DNA of 40,403 nucleotides from Rubritepida sp. (GTDB lineage Bacteria; Pseudomonadota; Alphaproteobacteria; Acetobacterales; Acetobacteraceae): positions 1 through 40,403 of the forward strand of contig JAQGHZ010000582.1 of assembly GCA_028291485.1 (NCBI GenBank), written 5' to 3'. Shown here piece by piece: positions 27,117 through 37,764 of this stretch. Each line of letters begins with the position of its first letter. The first letter of the stretch is position 1. The notes beneath the pieces were generated by a model. It ran no database searches. It was not told where the DNA came from and saw only the letters and a list, made by a program, of their open reading frames with translations. The position numbers and the translations under genes were made by a program.

Positions 27117-28229
27117 ATGTCACGCCCCCCCGCCATCCTGCAGGTCCTGCCCGCGTTGGAGTCCGGCGGCGTCGAGCGCGGCACGCTGGAGATCGCGGAA
27201 GCGATAGAGGCCGCGGGGTACCGGGCGATCGTCGCGTCGGCCGGCGGACGGCTGGTGCCGGAACTGGAGGCGTTGGGCGCCCGGCATGTGACGCTCCCGC
27301 TCCTGACCAAATCGCCCATCGGCATCTGGCGCAACGCCGCCCGCCTGGCGGAGATCGCCACCCAGGAACAGGTCCGCATCATCCATGCGCGCTCGAGGGC
27401 ACCCGCCTGGTCCGCCCTGCCGGCGGCGCGCCGGAGCGGGGCGCACTTCGTCACCACCTATCACGGCACCTATGGCGAGGGCTGGCCAGGGAAGCGGCTC
27501 TATAACTCGGTGATGGCGCGCGGAGAGCGGGTCATCGCCATCAGCCGACACATCGCCGACCATATCCGGCGCATCTATGGCGATGGGGGAGGAATCCGCG
27601 TCATTCAGCGCGGCGTGGACCTGCGCCGTTTCGACGCGGCGCGTGTGGAATCGTCGCGCGTGGCTGAGCTGCGCGCCGCATGGTCCTTGCCGGACGGCGC
27701 CAGGGTCGTGCTGCTGCCTGCGCGGATGACCCGCTGGAAGGGCCATGACGTGCTCATCCGGGCGCTGGAGCGCCTTCCGGGGGTGATCGTCGTGCTGGCC
27801 GGGGATGTGGTGGGACGCGAGCGATATGTGGGGGAGCTTCGTGCCCTTGCCGAGGGCCAGGGCGTCGCGGACCGGCTCCGCTTTGCGGGCCACGTCTCTG
27901 ACATGCCGGCGGCCATGCTCGCGGCGGAGGTGGTGGTCCATGCCAGCACGGAGCCGGAAGCCTTCGGCCGGACCGTGACCGAAGCCCAGGCCCTGGGACG
28001 GCCCGTCATCGCGTCGGATCTCGGCGGGCCGCGCGAAACGGTCGAGGATGGCGTCACCGGCTGGCTTACCCCGCCGGGCGATGTTGCCGCGCTTTCTGCT
28101 GCCATTGCGCGCGTCCTGGCCATGCCGGCGGAAAGCCTCGCGGCGATCGGCGAGGCCGCTCGCCGAGGTGTGCCTACACTCGAGGCCATGCAAAACGCGA
28201 CGTTGGCCGTGTATCGGGAATTGCTGTGA
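27117..28229 (+). CDS. glycosyltransferase family 4
   Basis: GGVERGT, HARSRAPAW, RWKGH, EAFGRTVTEAQALG. Confidence 0.93.
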   Translation: MSRPPAILQVLPALESGGVERGTLEIAEAIEAAGYRAIVASAGGRLVPELEALGARHVTLPLLTKSPIGIWRNAARLAEIATQEQVRIIHARSRAPAWSALPAARRSGAHFVTTYHGTYGEGWPGKRLYNSVMARGERVIAISRHIADHIRRIYGDGGGIRVIQRGVDLRRFDAARVESSRVAELRAAWSLPDGARVVLLPARMTRWKGHDVLIRALERLPGVIVVLAGDVVGRERYVGELRALAEGQGVADRLRFAGHVSDMPAAMLAAEVVVHASTEPEAFGRTVTEAQALGRPVIASDLGGPRETVEDGVTGWLTPPGDVAALSAAIARVLAMPAESLAAIGEAARRGVPTLEAMQNATLAVYRELL

Positions 28230-29131
28230 CCCAGCGCATCCTTGTCATCAAGCTGGCTGCGCTCGGCGACTTCGTGCAGGCCTTCGGTCCCTTCGCCGCG
28301 ATCCGAAGGCACCACCCCGATGCCGAGATCACGCTTCTGACGACGCGGCTCTTCGCGACGCTCGCCGCCGACAGCCCCTGGTTCGACCGGGTCTGGTCCG
28401 ACGGACGGCCGAACTGGTGGAATCTCGCGGCCGTACTGCACCTGGCGCGACGGCTTCGGGGCGCGGGCTTCGATCGTGTTTACGATCTGCAGACCTCCGG
28501 AAGGTCCTCGCGATATCGAATGTTCGTCGGCCGCCGTGCCGCGTGGTCGGGAATCGCGCGTGGTGCCTCGCACCCGGATACGAATCCGCGGCGTGATCAC
28601 CTTCACACCGTGGACCGGCAGCACGGCCAACTCATCGCTGCCGGGATCACCGAATTTCCCGAGCCGGATCTCGGCTGGCTGGATTCGGATGTGTCCGCTT
28701 TCGGCCTGCCGCCCTGTTTCACGCTTCTGCTCCCCGGGGCATCCGCGGAGCGTCCCGGAAAACGATGGCCCGCCGGGCGGTTCGGTGCCCTGGCGGGGCG
28801 GCTGGACATGCCGTCGGTCGTCTGCGGCATCGCCAGCGAGGCTCCATTGGCCGAGGAAATCCGGCGATTGGCGCCCCAGACGATCGACCTCACCGGTCGC
28901 ACGGATCTGCGGCAGCTTGCGGCGGTGGCCCGCCGGGCCAGCCTGGCGATCGGCAATGACAGCGGCCCCACGCATCTGGCGGCGGCGATCGGATGCCCGA
29001 CGGTCGCGCTGTTCGGGTCGGAGAGCGATCCGGCCCTCTGTGCGCCGCGCGGACCGACGGTGACGATCCTGCGACGGCAGCCCATCTCGGAGCTGTCCGT
29101 GGACGAGGTGCTTCAGTCCGTCGGCGGTTGA
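28226..29131 (+). CDS. glycosyltransferase family 9 (heptosyltransferase-like)
   Basis: ILVIKLAALGD, KRWP, DLTGRT, GNDSGPTHLAAA. GTGA coupling with the GT4 gene. Confidence 0.93.
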   Translation: MTQRILVIKLAALGDFVQAFGPFAAIRRHHPDAEITLLTTRLFATLAADSPWFDRVWSDGRPNWWNLAAVLHLARRLRGAGFDRVYDLQTSGRSSRYRMFVGRRAAWSGIARGASHPDTNPRRDHLHTVDRQHGQLIAAGITEFPEPDLGWLDSDVSAFGLPPCFTLLLPGASAERPGKRWPAGRFGALAGRLDMPSVVCGIASEAPLAEEIRRLAPQTIDLTGRTDLRQLAAVARRASLAIGNDSGPTHLAAAIGCPTVALFGSESDPALCAPRGPTVTILRRQPISELSVDEVLQSVGG

Positions 29132-29931
29132 TCGGCCCATTCCGGCCGCAGCACATGGCCGCCACCCGGGCCGTCGCGCCGGATGAAGCTGCCGGCTGCA
29201 GCCAGCAGCGCATCGAGCGAGCCGTATCCCGCGAAGTCGCTGCCGCGCAGGGTCTGCCCCGTGCGGTTCCGGACCATCTGCCCGAGATGCGGGACATGCA
29301 CGGGATCCTGCGCTTCCGTCATGATGTCCCTGACAACGCCGAGCACGTCTGCGGTGGCCTGCGGGCCGAAGGCCTCCCCCGGTTCCGGCGAGGCCTGCCA
29401 GCCGAGCCAACCTGCAAGCAGGTCCAGCCCGATCACCTCGTCGGCCGCCGAACGGACGATGCGTCCCACCTCTGGATGGGCCACCAGCCGCGTGCGCCGG
29501 TCGGCCGCACGCAGCCGCAGCAGCAGCGGCACGAAATCGGAATCCGTGGAGAGAAGGATGAATTCATCGAAATGCGAAGGCGACAGCATGGCCTCCATTG
29601 CATCCAGCGCGATGCGGACATCGGCCGCGTTCTTCAGCCGCGTGAGCTTGGGGCAGTCGATCACCTCGAAGCCCGCTGCCATGAAGGCCCAGCGGAACTC
29701 CGAATACCGGAAGCGGGAGCCGTCCTCGTCATCCAGACTGCCGGCCGGGTTCATGTAGCATCGCCGGAGCAGCGCCCGGCGCGGGCGATCGCCCAGCAGC
29801 CGTTCCAGCCAGGTTTCCGGCTGCTGGGCAAAGCGCAACGCGACCTCGCTGCCCGCACCGTCTCGCAGGCCCGAGACCAGGTTGTCGAAATCGAGGAAAA
29901 TCGCGCTACGCAACTCGGGCATTGGGGACAT
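29113..29931 (-). CDS. NYN domain (LabA/DUF88, PIN-like) protein with probable C-terminal OST-HTH/LOTUS domain
   Basis: IFLDFDN, KNAADVRIALD, LLSTDSDFVP; C-terminal HLGQMV..FAGYGSLDALL. Start 29931 or 29922. Confidence 0.85.
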   Translation of the reverse strand: MSPMPELRSAIFLDFDNLVSGLRDGAGSEVALRFAQQPETWLERLLGDRPRRALLRRCYMNPAGSLDDEDGSRFRYSEFRWAFMAAGFEVIDCPKLTRLKNAADVRIALDAMEAMLSPSHFDEFILLSTDSDFVPLLLRLRAADRRTRLVAHPEVGRIVRSAADEVIGLDLLAGWLGWQASPEPGEAFGPQATADVLGVVRDIMTEAQDPVHVPHLGQMVRNRTGQTLRGSDFAGYGSLDALLAAAGSFIRRDGPGGGHVLRPEWADQPPTD

Positions 29932-29977
29932 GCCTGATTTTGCAGCGTCGGGGCCTGCGGGGCAATGCGCCGGGCCC

Positions 29978-30006
29978 TTGACCGGGCATGACGCTCTCCC
30001 CATGGT
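29978..30006 (+). promoter_or_regulatory. putative sigma70 promoter of thrS
   Basis: TTGACC-N17-CATGGT, 43 nt before the ATG. Confidence 0.55.
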
Positions 30007-30049
30007 CCGCCGTTCGCTTCCACGCCAGACATAGCAAGAGAATCTGTAA

Positions 30050-32008
30050 ATGCCCGCGATTACCCTTCCCGACGGTTCCATCCGCCAGTTCGACGGTGGG
30101 GTGACCGGCACGGACGTGGCCGCGGCGATCGGACCCGGCCTGGCGAAGGCGGCATTGGCCATGCAGGTGGACGGCAAGCTCGTCGACCTCGCCGAGCCTA
30201 TCGTTTCGGACGCCGCGCTGCGCTTCATCACCCGCCGCGACCCCGAGGCGCTCGAACTCATCCGCCATGACACCGCGCATGTGCTGGCCGAGGCGGTGCA
30301 GGAGCTGTTCCCAGGGACCCAGGTCACCATCGGACCGTCGATCGAGAACGGCTTCTATTACGACTTCGCCCGCAACGAACCCTTCACGCCCGACGACTTC
30401 GTCGCGATCGAGGCGAAGATGCGCGAGATCATCGGCCGCGGCGCGCGCTTCCAGCGCAGCGTGGTGAGCCGCGAGGACGCGATCGACCTTTTCACAAAGA
30501 AGGGCGAGCGCTTCAAGGTCGAGCTCATCCGCGACCTGCCCGAGAGCGAGACCATCAGCCTCTACAGCCAGGGCGACTGGATCGACCTCTGCCGTGGCCC
30601 GCATATGCGCAGCACGGCCGATATCGGGACGGCCTTCAAGCTGACCAAAGTCGCCGGCGCCTATTGGCGCGGCAAGCCGGAGAACCCGGTCCTGTCGCGC
30701 ATCTACGGCACCGCCTGGCGCGACCAGAAGGAGCTCGATGCCTATCTCCACATGCTGGAGGAGGCCGAGAAGCGCGACCATCGGCGCATCGGCAAGGAGA
30801 TGAACCTCTTCCATCTGCAAGAAGAGGCGACGGGCAGCATCTTCTGGCACCCGAAGGGCTGGAAGCTCTACCGGACCGTCGAGGACTACATGCGCCGCCG
30901 CCTGGATAGGGCCGACTATCAGGAGGTGAAGACTCCACAACTCGTCGACCGGCGGTTGTGGGAGGCTTCTGGCCACTGGGAAAAGTTCCGCCACGCCATG
31001 TTCCAGGCGAAGGTCGAGGACAAGGACGAGGCGGATCGCATCTATGCGCTGAAGCCGATGAACTGCCCCTGCCATGTGCAGATCTTCAACCAGGGCATCC
31101 GCAGCTACCGCGAGCTGCCGCTGCGCATGGCCGAGTTCGGCGCCTGCCATCGCTTCGAGCCCTCGGGCGCGCTGCACGGCATCATGCGGGTTCGGGCCTT
31201 CACCCAGGACGACGCTCATATCTTCTGCGAGGAGCACCAGATCGCCGAGGAGACGGTGCGCTTCGTGGCGCTTCTCTCCGGTATTTATCGGGATCTGGGC
31301 TTCAGCGAGTTCCGGGTGAAGTTCAGCGATCGCCCGGAGGTGCGCGCCGGCGACGACGCCACCTGGGACCGTGCGGAGGGCGCCCTGAAGGAAGCCTGTG
31401 CCATCGCTGGCGTCGACTTCGAGCTGAACCCGGGCGAGGGGGCCTTCTATGGGCCGAAGCTGGAATTCGTGCTGCGCGACGCGATCGGCCGCGACTGGCA
31501 GTGCGGCACGCTCCAGGTCGACTTCGTGATGCCGGAGCGGCTGGACGCGGTCTATGCGGCCGAGGACGGGACCCGCAAGCGGCCCGTCATGCTGCACCGC
31601 GCCATCCTCGGGAGCTTCGAGCGCTTCCTGGGCATGCTGATCGAGCAGTATGCCGGCCGCTTCCCGCTCTGGCTGGCGCCGGTGCAGGTGGTGGTCGCAA
31701 CCATCGTCTCGGACGCGGATCCCTACGCGCGCGAGGTGAAGGCGGCCTTCGACAAGGCGGGCCTCCGCGTCGAATTCGACCTGCGGAACGAGAAGATCAA
31801 CCGTAAGGTGGTGGATCACATCGAACAGCGGGTGCCGGTGCTGGCCGTCCTCGGTCGGAGGGAGGCGGAGCTCGGCCAGGTCGTGCTGCGCCGGCTGCCG
31901 GGGCGTGAGCAGGAGGTGTTTTCGCTAGCCGAAGCGGTCGCGCACCTCGCAAAAGAGGCAAACCCTCCCGATATGGCTGCTTTGCCAGCAGATGCGGTTG
32001 CAGCGTGA
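30050..32008 (+). CDS. thrS: threonine--tRNA ligase
   Basis: TGS domain, [34 protein letters not shown]. Confidence 0.99.
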   Translation: MPAITLPDGSIRQFDGGVTGTDVAAAIGPGLAKAALAMQVDGKLVDLAEPIVSDAALRFITRRDPEALELIRHDTAHVLAEAVQELFPGTQVTIGPSIENGFYYDFARNEPFTPDDFVAIEAKMREIIGRGARFQRSVVSREDAIDLFTKKGERFKVELIRDLPESETISLYSQGDWIDLCRGPHMRSTADIGTAFKLTKVAGAYWRGKPENPVLSRIYGTAWRDQKELDAYLHMLEEAEKRDHRRIGKEMNLFHLQEEATGSIFWHPKGWKLYRTVEDYMRRRLDRADYQEVKTPQLVDRRLWEASGHWEKFRHAMFQAKVEDKDEADRIYALKPMNCPCHVQIFNQGIRSYRELPLRMAEFGACHRFEPSGALHGIMRVRAFTQDDAHIFCEEHQIAEETVRFVALLSGIYRDLGFSEFRVKFSDRPEVRAGDDATWDRAEGALKEACAIAGVDFELNPGEGAFYGPKLEFVLRDAIGRDWQCGTLQVDFVMPERLDAVYAAEDGTRKRPVMLHRAILGSFERFLGMLIEQYAGRFPLWLAPVQVVVATIVSDADPYAREVKAAFDKAGLRVEFDLRNEKINRKVVDHIEQRVPVLAVLGRREAELGQVVLRRLPGREQEVFSLAEAVAHLAKEANPPDMAALPADAVAA

Positions 32009-32066
32009 CGCGCTGCGCCCCATAAGACGCTTTGAATTTTTGCCGTAACTGAGACAGGAGACGACG

Positions 32067-32606
32067 ATAGCACGAGGCCCTATGCCCCCGACGCCCCCCT
32101 CACGTGAGGGGCCACGCGTGAACGAGGAAATCCGTGTTCCGCAGGTGCGCCTTATCGACGAGGCGGGCGAGATGTTGGGCGTTTTGAGTATTCGCGACGC
32201 GCTTTACAAGGCGTACCAGGCGGGGCTCGATCTGCTTGAGATCAGCCCGAACGCCGTTCCGCCTGTCTGCAAGATCACGGACTACGGCAAGTTCAAGTAC
32301 GAGCAGCAGAAGAAGGCCAACGAGGCCCGCAAGAAGCAGAAGGTCGTCGAGATCAAGGAAATCAAGGTTCGTCCGAACATTGATGACCACGATTACGACG
32401 TGAAGATGCGGCAGGCAAAGGGCTTCATCGGCGAGGGGGACAAGGTCAAGGTCACCCTGCGTTTCCGCGGTCGAGAGATGGCGCACCAGGAACTCGGTGT
32501 GAAGCTGCTGGAGCGGATCCGGACCGAGCTGGTCGAGCTGGTGAAGGTGGAGTCCATGCCGCGGCTCGAGAACCGGCAGATGATCATGGTGTTGGCGCCC
32601 AAATAA
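32067..32606 (+). CDS. infC: translation initiation factor IF-3 (probable ATA start at 32067; first ATG at 32082)
   Basis: [40 protein letters not shown] lies 6 nt before an in-frame ATA. Confidence 0.97.
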   Translation: MARGPMPPTPPSREGPRVNEEIRVPQVRLIDEAGEMLGVLSIRDALYKAYQAGLDLLEISPNAVPPVCKITDYGKFKYEQQKKANEARKKQKVVEIKEIKVRPNIDDHDYDVKMRQAKGFIGEGDKVKVTLRFRGREMAHQELGVKLLERIRTELVELVKVESMPRLENRQMIMVLAPK

Positions 32607-32643
32607 CGCCGAAGGCGTTGTTGGCCGGGCCTGGGGCCCGGCC
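32605..32643 (+). terminator. tandem hairpins after infC
   Basis: AACGCC-GAA-GGCGTT and GGCCGGGCC-TGG-GGCCCGGCC; no U tract. Confidence 0.35.
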
Positions 32644-32688
32644 CGCCCTGGCTTGACCGGGGATGGGGGCATTCAAAGCCACCCTCTA

Positions 32689-32805
32689 TTGACTTTTTGT
32701 GGCTTGGCGCTTAGGCGCTGCCTGTCGGGATCTTCCGGCATGGGTCCCGCATCAGGCGGCATCCCCGTCGCTCCGCGAGATTCGCGCAGCGGCGCATTTT
32801 TGTTT
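32689..32805 (+). promoter_or_regulatory. ffh promoter and structured 5' leader
   Basis: TTGACT-N17-TAGGCG; hairpin 32717-32760; hairpin 32766-32794 followed by CATTTTTGTTT. Confidence 0.5.
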
Positions 32806-32819
32806 GGAGTGGGTTTCGC

Positions 32820-34193
32820 GTGTTCGAGGCATTGGGCAACAGGCTTCAGGGGGTGTTCGACCGGCTACGCGGCCGCGGCGCGCTGTCCGAGGCCGACGTC
32901 TCCGATGCGCTGCGCGAGGTGCGTGTAGCCCTGCTCGAGGCCGATGTCGCGCTGCCCGTCGTCCGCGACATCATCGCCAAGGTCCGCGAAGGCGCCGTCG
33001 GGCAGGAGGTCATCCGCTCGATTCAGCCTGGCCAGCAGGTCGTCAAGATCGTCCATGACGCGCTGGTCGAGGCGCTGGGCGGCGGCGACGAAGGGCCGCG
33101 CGGGCTCGACCTGAACGCGCCGTCGCCGATCCCCATCCTGATGGTCGGTCTGCAGGGCTCGGGCAAGACCACGACCTCCGGCAAGATCGCGCTGCGCCTG
33201 CGCACGCGCGAGCGCAAGAAAGTGCTGCTGGCGAGCCTCGACGTGCACCGTCCCGCCGCGCAGCTTCAGCTCGCTCAGCTGGCTGAGCGTGCCGAAGTGG
33301 TCAGTCTGCCCATCATCGCCGGCCAGACGCCGCTCCAGATCGCCGAGCGCGCGATGGATATGGGCCGGCGCGAGCTTTACGACATTGTCATCCTCGACAC
33401 CGCCGGCCGCCTCGCGATCGATGATGCGCTGATGGACGAGGTCGCCACGGTCAAGGCGGCGGTGATGCCGCACGAGACGCTGCTCGTCGTCGATGCCATG
33501 ACGGGGCAGGATTCGGTGAATACCGCGCGCGCCTTCAATGAGCGCGTCGGTGTCACCGGTATCGTCATGACGCGCGTCGACGGCGATGCGCGCGGTGGCG
33601 CGGCCCTCTCCATGCGGGCGGTCACTGGCGCGCCGATCAAGCTGCTCGGCGCGGGCGAAAAGCTTGATGCGCTGGAGGACTTCCATCCCGACCGGATCGC
33701 GAACCGCATCCTGGGCATGGGCGACATTGTCTCGCTCGTGGAGCGGGCGGCCGAGACCATCGACCAGGCCGAGGCCGAGAAGCTCGCGGCGCGCATGCAG
33801 AAGGGGCAGTTCAGCCTCGAGGATTATGCGAGCCAGCTGAAGCAGATCGGCAAGATGGGCAACCTGTCGGGCATCATGGGCATGTTGCCCGGCGCCCAGA
33901 AGATCAAGCAGCAGCTCGGCGACGCCAATCTGGATCAGTCGATCCTGAAGCGTCAGGCCGCCATCATCGGCAGCATGACGGCCGGCGAGCGCCGCAAGCC
34001 CGAAATCATCAAGGCGTCGCGCAAGAAGCGCATCGCCGGCGGCTCCGGTTCCTCCGTGCAGGAGGTGAACAAGCTGCTCAAGCAGTTCGAGGACATGCGC
34101 GACATGATGAAGCGCATGAACAAGATGGGCCAGAAGGGGCTGATGCGTGGCGGGCTCGCCGCGCTCCTCCCCCAAGGCCGCAGGCCGTTCTGA
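32820..34193 (+). CDS. ffh: signal recognition particle protein
   Basis: ALLEADV, GLQGSGKTT, DTAGR, DGDARGG, RILGMGD, SMT..ER. Confidence 0.99.
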   Translation: MFEALGNRLQGVFDRLRGRGALSEADVSDALREVRVALLEADVALPVVRDIIAKVREGAVGQEVIRSIQPGQQVVKIVHDALVEALGGGDEGPRGLDLNAPSPIPILMVGLQGSGKTTTSGKIALRLRTRERKKVLLASLDVHRPAAQLQLAQLAERAEVVSLPIIAGQTPLQIAERAMDMGRRELYDIVILDTAGRLAIDDALMDEVATVKAAVMPHETLLVVDAMTGQDSVNTARAFNERVGVTGIVMTRVDGDARGGAALSMRAVTGAPIKLLGAGEKLDALEDFHPDRIANRILGMGDIVSLVERAAETIDQAEAEKLAARMQKGQFSLEDYASQLKQIGKMGNLSGIMGMLPGAQKIKQQLGDANLDQSILKRQAAIIGSMTAGERRKPEIIKASRKKRIAGGSGSSVQEVNKLLKQFEDMRDMMKRMNKMGQKGLMRGGLAALLPQGRRPF

Positions 34194-34242
34194 GATGAAC
34201 TGGCCGAACCCCATTTCCAGTTCCAACTAAGGAGAGTGCCCG

Positions 34243-34575
34243 ATGGGCCTTAAGATCCGCCTTGCCCGCGCCGGCGCCAAGAAGCGCCCCTACTACCACA
34301 TCGTGGTGGCCGACAGCCGCTCGCCGCGCGACGGCCGCTTCATCGAGAAGCTGGGCAGCTACAACCCGATGCTGCCGGCCGAGCACGAAGATCGCATCCG
34401 CCTGCAGGACGAGAAGATCAAGGAGTGGCTCGGCAAGGGCGCGCTCGCGACCGATCGCGTGGCCAAGTTCCTGGGCAAGGCAGGCATCATCGAGATGCCC
34501 GTGTTCCCCGAGCAGCCGAAGCAGTCCGCGCCGAAGAAGAAGGCGCAGGAACGCGCCGCGGCCGCTGCGCGCTGA
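34243..34575 (+). CDS. rpsP: 30S ribosomal protein S16
   Basis: [32 protein letters not shown]. Confidence 0.99.
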   Translation: MGLKIRLARAGAKKRPYYHIVVADSRSPRDGRFIEKLGSYNPMLPAEHEDRIRLQDEKIKEWLGKGALATDRVAKFLGKAGIIEMPVFPEQPKQSAPKKKAQERAAAAAR

Positions 34576-34600
34576 TCTGAAGGCATCGGGCTGAAGGCAG

Positions 34601-35110
34601 ATGGCGGACGCGAAGGTCCTGTTGGGCGAGATCGGGAGGCCGCACGGTGTGCGGGGCCTGGTGCGCGTCCGCAGCTTCACCGCCGAGCCGGAAGGCCTGA
34701 CGGCCTATGGCCCGCTGACGGATGAGAGCGGCGCGCGGCACTTTGCGCTGGAGCTGCTCTCCGCCGATCTGGCACGGATCGATGGTGTCGCGGACCGGGA
34801 CGCAGCCGCGAGGCTGACCGGGACAAAGCTCTACGTTCCGCGCGAGGCGCTGCCGCCAGCCGAGGATCCGGAGGAGTTCTACCTGTCCGACCTGGAGGGG
34901 CTGTCCGCCTTCACCGAGGCTGGAGCGCCGCTTGGGCGTGTTCACGCGGTCGAGGATCACGGGGCAGGGGCCTTCCTGGTTCTGGAAGGACCGCCCGAGC
35001 GGTTGGTTCCCTTCACGCGTGCGGCTGTTCCGGCGGTTGATCTGATCGCGCGACGGATCGCTGTGGTGCTGCCGGTGGAGATCGTCGTCGATGAGCAGGG
35101 GGCGGCATGA
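34601..35110 (+). CDS. rimM: ribosome maturation factor RimM
   Basis: [21 protein letters not shown]; sits between rpsP and trmD. Confidence 0.96.
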   Translation: MADAKVLLGEIGRPHGVRGLVRVRSFTAEPEGLTAYGPLTDESGARHFALELLSADLARIDGVADRDAAARLTGTKLYVPREALPPAEDPEEFYLSDLEGLSAFTEAGAPLGRVHAVEDHGAGAFLVLEGPPERLVPFTRAAVPAVDLIARRIAVVLPVEIVVDEQGAA

Positions 35111-35820
35111 GCTGGTCAGCCACCGTTCTGACGCTCTTCCCGGAGATGTTTCCGGGGCCGCTCGGCGTCTCTCTGGCGGGGCGCGCGCAGCGCGAGGGCA
35201 TCTGGTCCTGCGAGGCGCGCGACATCCGTGCGCATGCGCTGGACCGGCACCGTACGGTGGATGACACACCTTTGGGCGGCGGCGCCGGCATGGTGATGCG
35301 CCCGGATGTGGTGGACATGGCCATCGCCGCGGCCATGCCAGCCGGGGATGATCGCCCGCTGATCTACCTGACGCCGCGCGGTCGGCTGCTGGACCAGAAG
35401 CTGGTGCAGCAACTCGTCGCAGGCCCGGGCGTGGTGCTGCTCTGCGGCCGCTACGAAGGTGTCGATCAGCGCGTGATCGAGGCGCGCGGCATGATCGAGG
35501 TCTCGATCGGCGACTACGTGCTCTCCGGCGGCGAACTCGCAGCGCTGACCCTGCTCGATGCCTGCGTGCGGCTGTTGCCCGGTGTGATGGGCGCAGCCGA
35601 GAGCGCCGTGGAGGAGAGCCACAGTGCCGGCCTCCTGGAATACGCGCAATACACGCGGCCCGCCGAATGGCAGGGCCGCGCCGTGCCGCAAGTGCTGCTC
35701 TCCGGCCACCACGCCGAGGTGGCCCGCTGGCGGCGCGCTGAATCCGAGGCCGTGACGCGAGAGCGCCGGCCCGACCTCTGGACCCGAATGCAGGTTGCCG
35801 CCGGTGGCGCCGCAGCCTAG
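35107..35820 (+). CDS. trmD: tRNA (guanine37-N1)-methyltransferase
   Basis: [43 protein letters not shown]. Confidence 0.99.
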   Translation: MSWSATVLTLFPEMFPGPLGVSLAGRAQREGIWSCEARDIRAHALDRHRTVDDTPLGGGAGMVMRPDVVDMAIAAAMPAGDDRPLIYLTPRGRLLDQKLVQQLVAGPGVVLLCGRYEGVDQRVIEARGMIEVSIGDYVLSGGELAALTLLDACVRLLPGVMGAAESAVEESHSAGLLEYAQYTRPAEWQGRAVPQVLLSGHHAEVARWRRAESEAVTRERRPDLWTRMQVAAGGAAA

Positions 35821-35846
35821 ATGCTCATATAGAAAGGACTAATCCC

Positions 35847-36260
35847 ATGAACCTGCTGCAGCAATTCGACGCCGACCAGAAGGCCCGCCTCATCGCCACG
35901 CGGCCCGTGCCTGAGTTCGCGCCCGGCGATACCGTCCGCGTCATGGTCAAGGTGGTCGAGGGCGAGCGCGTCCGCACCCAGGCCTATGAGGGCGTCGTGA
36001 TCGCGCGGTCCAACCGCGGCCTGCACAGCAACTTCACGGTGCGCAAGCTCTCCTATGGCGAGGGCGTGGAGCGCGTCTTCCCGCTGCATTCCCCGGCGAT
36101 CGCGGACATCTCCGTGGTGCGTCGCGGCAAGGTGCGTCGCGCCAAGCTGTACTACCTGCGGGGACGCACGGGTAAGTCGGCCCGCATCGCCGAGAAGCTG
36201 GGTCTGCGGACTCCGGTCTCGGCCCCGGCGGCGGTGGCCAAGGAAGCCGAGGAGGCCTGA
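35847..36260 (+). CDS. rplS: 50S ribosomal protein L19
   Basis: [35 protein letters not shown]. Confidence 0.99.
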   Translation: MNLLQQFDADQKARLIATRPVPEFAPGDTVRVMVKVVEGERVRTQAYEGVVIARSNRGLHSNFTVRKLSYGEGVERVFPLHSPAIADISVVRRGKVRRAKLYYLRGRTGKSARIAEKLGLRTPVSAPAAVAKEAEEA

Positions 36261-36271
36261 GGCCCTCTCGC

Positions 36272-36300
36272 AGGCCGCGCCGCAAGGCGCGGCCTTTTTT
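36272..36300 (+). terminator. intrinsic terminator after rplS
   Basis: AGGCCGCGCC-GCAA-GGCGCGGCCT followed by a T run; GNRA loop. Confidence 0.9.
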
Positions 36301-36329
36301 GATCGATACCCGGTTTGGGGGAAATGCAA

Positions 36330-37760
36330 ATGAGCGCCGAAACGCCGCGCACCCTGTTCGATAAGATCTGGGCGCATCATGTCGTCGACACGCTGCCGGA
36401 TGGCACCGCGCTCCTCTACATCGACCGTCACCTTGTGCACGAAGTCACGAGCCCGCAGGCCTTCGAGGGGCTCCGCGTCGCGGGCCGTCCGGTGCATCGC
36501 CCGGATGCGACCATCGCCGTGGTCGACCACAACATCGCGACCGACAGCAGCCGCCGCACGGGCATCCTCGACCCCGAGAGCCGCCTCCAGGTCGAGACGC
36601 TCGAGCACAACGTCGTCGAGTTTGGCGTGCCCTATATCCCGCTGCTCGATGCGCGGCAGGGCATCGTCCACGTCATCGGGCCGGAGCTCGGGCTCTCGCT
36701 GCCTGGTACGACGATCGTCTGCGGCGACAGCCACACCTCCACGCATGGCGCCTTGGGCGCGCTCGCCTTCGGCATCGGCACGAGTGAGGTGGAGCACGTG
36801 CTCGCCACGCAGACGCTGCTGCAGAAGCCGGCGAAGAACATGCGCGTCACGGTCGACGGCAAGCTGCCGCTCGGCTGCACGGCGAAGGACATCGTGCTGG
36901 CCATCATCGGCAAGATCGGGACGGCCGGCGGCACGGGGCATGTGATCGAATTCGCCGGCGAGGCGATCCGGGCTCTCGACATGGCGGGCCGCATGACGGT
37001 CTGCAACATGAGCATCGAGGCTGGTGCGCGCGCCGGCATGGTGGCGCCCGACCAGACGACCTTCGACTATGTGAAGGGCCGACCGCACGCGCCGCAGGGC
37101 GAAGCTTTCGACCGCGCAGTTGCCTGGTGGTCCACCTTGCCGAGCGACCCGGGCGCGCAATTCGACAAGGAAGTGTCGCTCCGCGCCGAGGACATCGTGC
37201 CCATGGTCACCTGGGGCACGAGTCCGGAGGACGTAGCGCCCATCACGGCCCTGGTGCCCGATCCGGCGCAGGCGGCGGACGAGACGCGCCGTGCCCAGCT
37301 CCAGCGCATGATCGAATATATGGGCCTGACGCCCGGCCAGAAGCTCACGGACCTCAAGGTCGACGTTGTCTTCATCGGCAGCTGCACCAACAGCCGGATC
37401 GAGGACATGCGCGCCGCCGCTGCCATTGCAAAAGGCCGCCACGTCGCCGAAGGCGTGCGCGCGATGGTCGTGCCCGGCTCCGGCCTCGTGAAGCTGCAGG
37501 CGGAGGAGGAGGGGCTGGATCGCGTTTTCCTCGATGCGGGTTTCGAATGGCGCGAGGCGGGCTGCTCGATGTGCCTCGGCATGAATCCCGACAAGCTGAC
37601 ACCGGGCCAGCGCTCGGCCAGCACCTCCAACCGCAACTTCGAGGGACGGCAGGGCCCGGGCGGGCGCACGCACCTGCTCTCGCCGGCCATGGCGGCTGCG
37701 GCCGCGCTGGCCGGCCACCTGGCGGATGTCCGCGATTGGCAACCCCTAGGGAGCGCTTGA
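36330..37760 (+). CDS. leuC: 3-isopropylmalate dehydratase large subunit
   Basis: [42 protein letters not shown]. Confidence 0.99.
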   Translation: MSAETPRTLFDKIWAHHVVDTLPDGTALLYIDRHLVHEVTSPQAFEGLRVAGRPVHRPDATIAVVDHNIATDSSRRTGILDPESRLQVETLEHNVVEFGVPYIPLLDARQGIVHVIGPELGLSLPGTTIVCGDSHTSTHGALGALAFGIGTSEVEHVLATQTLLQKPAKNMRVTVDGKLPLGCTAKDIVLAIIGKIGTAGGTGHVIEFAGEAIRALDMAGRMTVCNMSIEAGARAGMVAPDQTTFDYVKGRPHAPQGEAFDRAVAWWSTLPSDPGAQFDKEVSLRAEDIVPMVTWGTSPEDVAPITALVPDPAQAADETRRAQLQRMIEYMGLTPGQKLTDLKVDVVFIGSCTNSRIEDMRAAAAIAKGRHVAEGVRAMVVPGSGLVKLQAEEEGLDRVFLDAGFEWREAGCSMCLGMNPDKLTPGQRSASTSNRNFEGRQGPGGRTHLLSPAMAAAAALAGHLADVRDWQPLGSA

Positions 37761-37764
37761 TCCA

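Noticed and set aside
32607-32819. Absence of rpmI-rplT after infC, and a possible SRP RNA upstream of ffh
   Set aside because: Separation of infC from rpmI-rplT is common in alphaproteobacteria. The conserved SRP motif (CAGG..GGAA..AGCAG) is not present.
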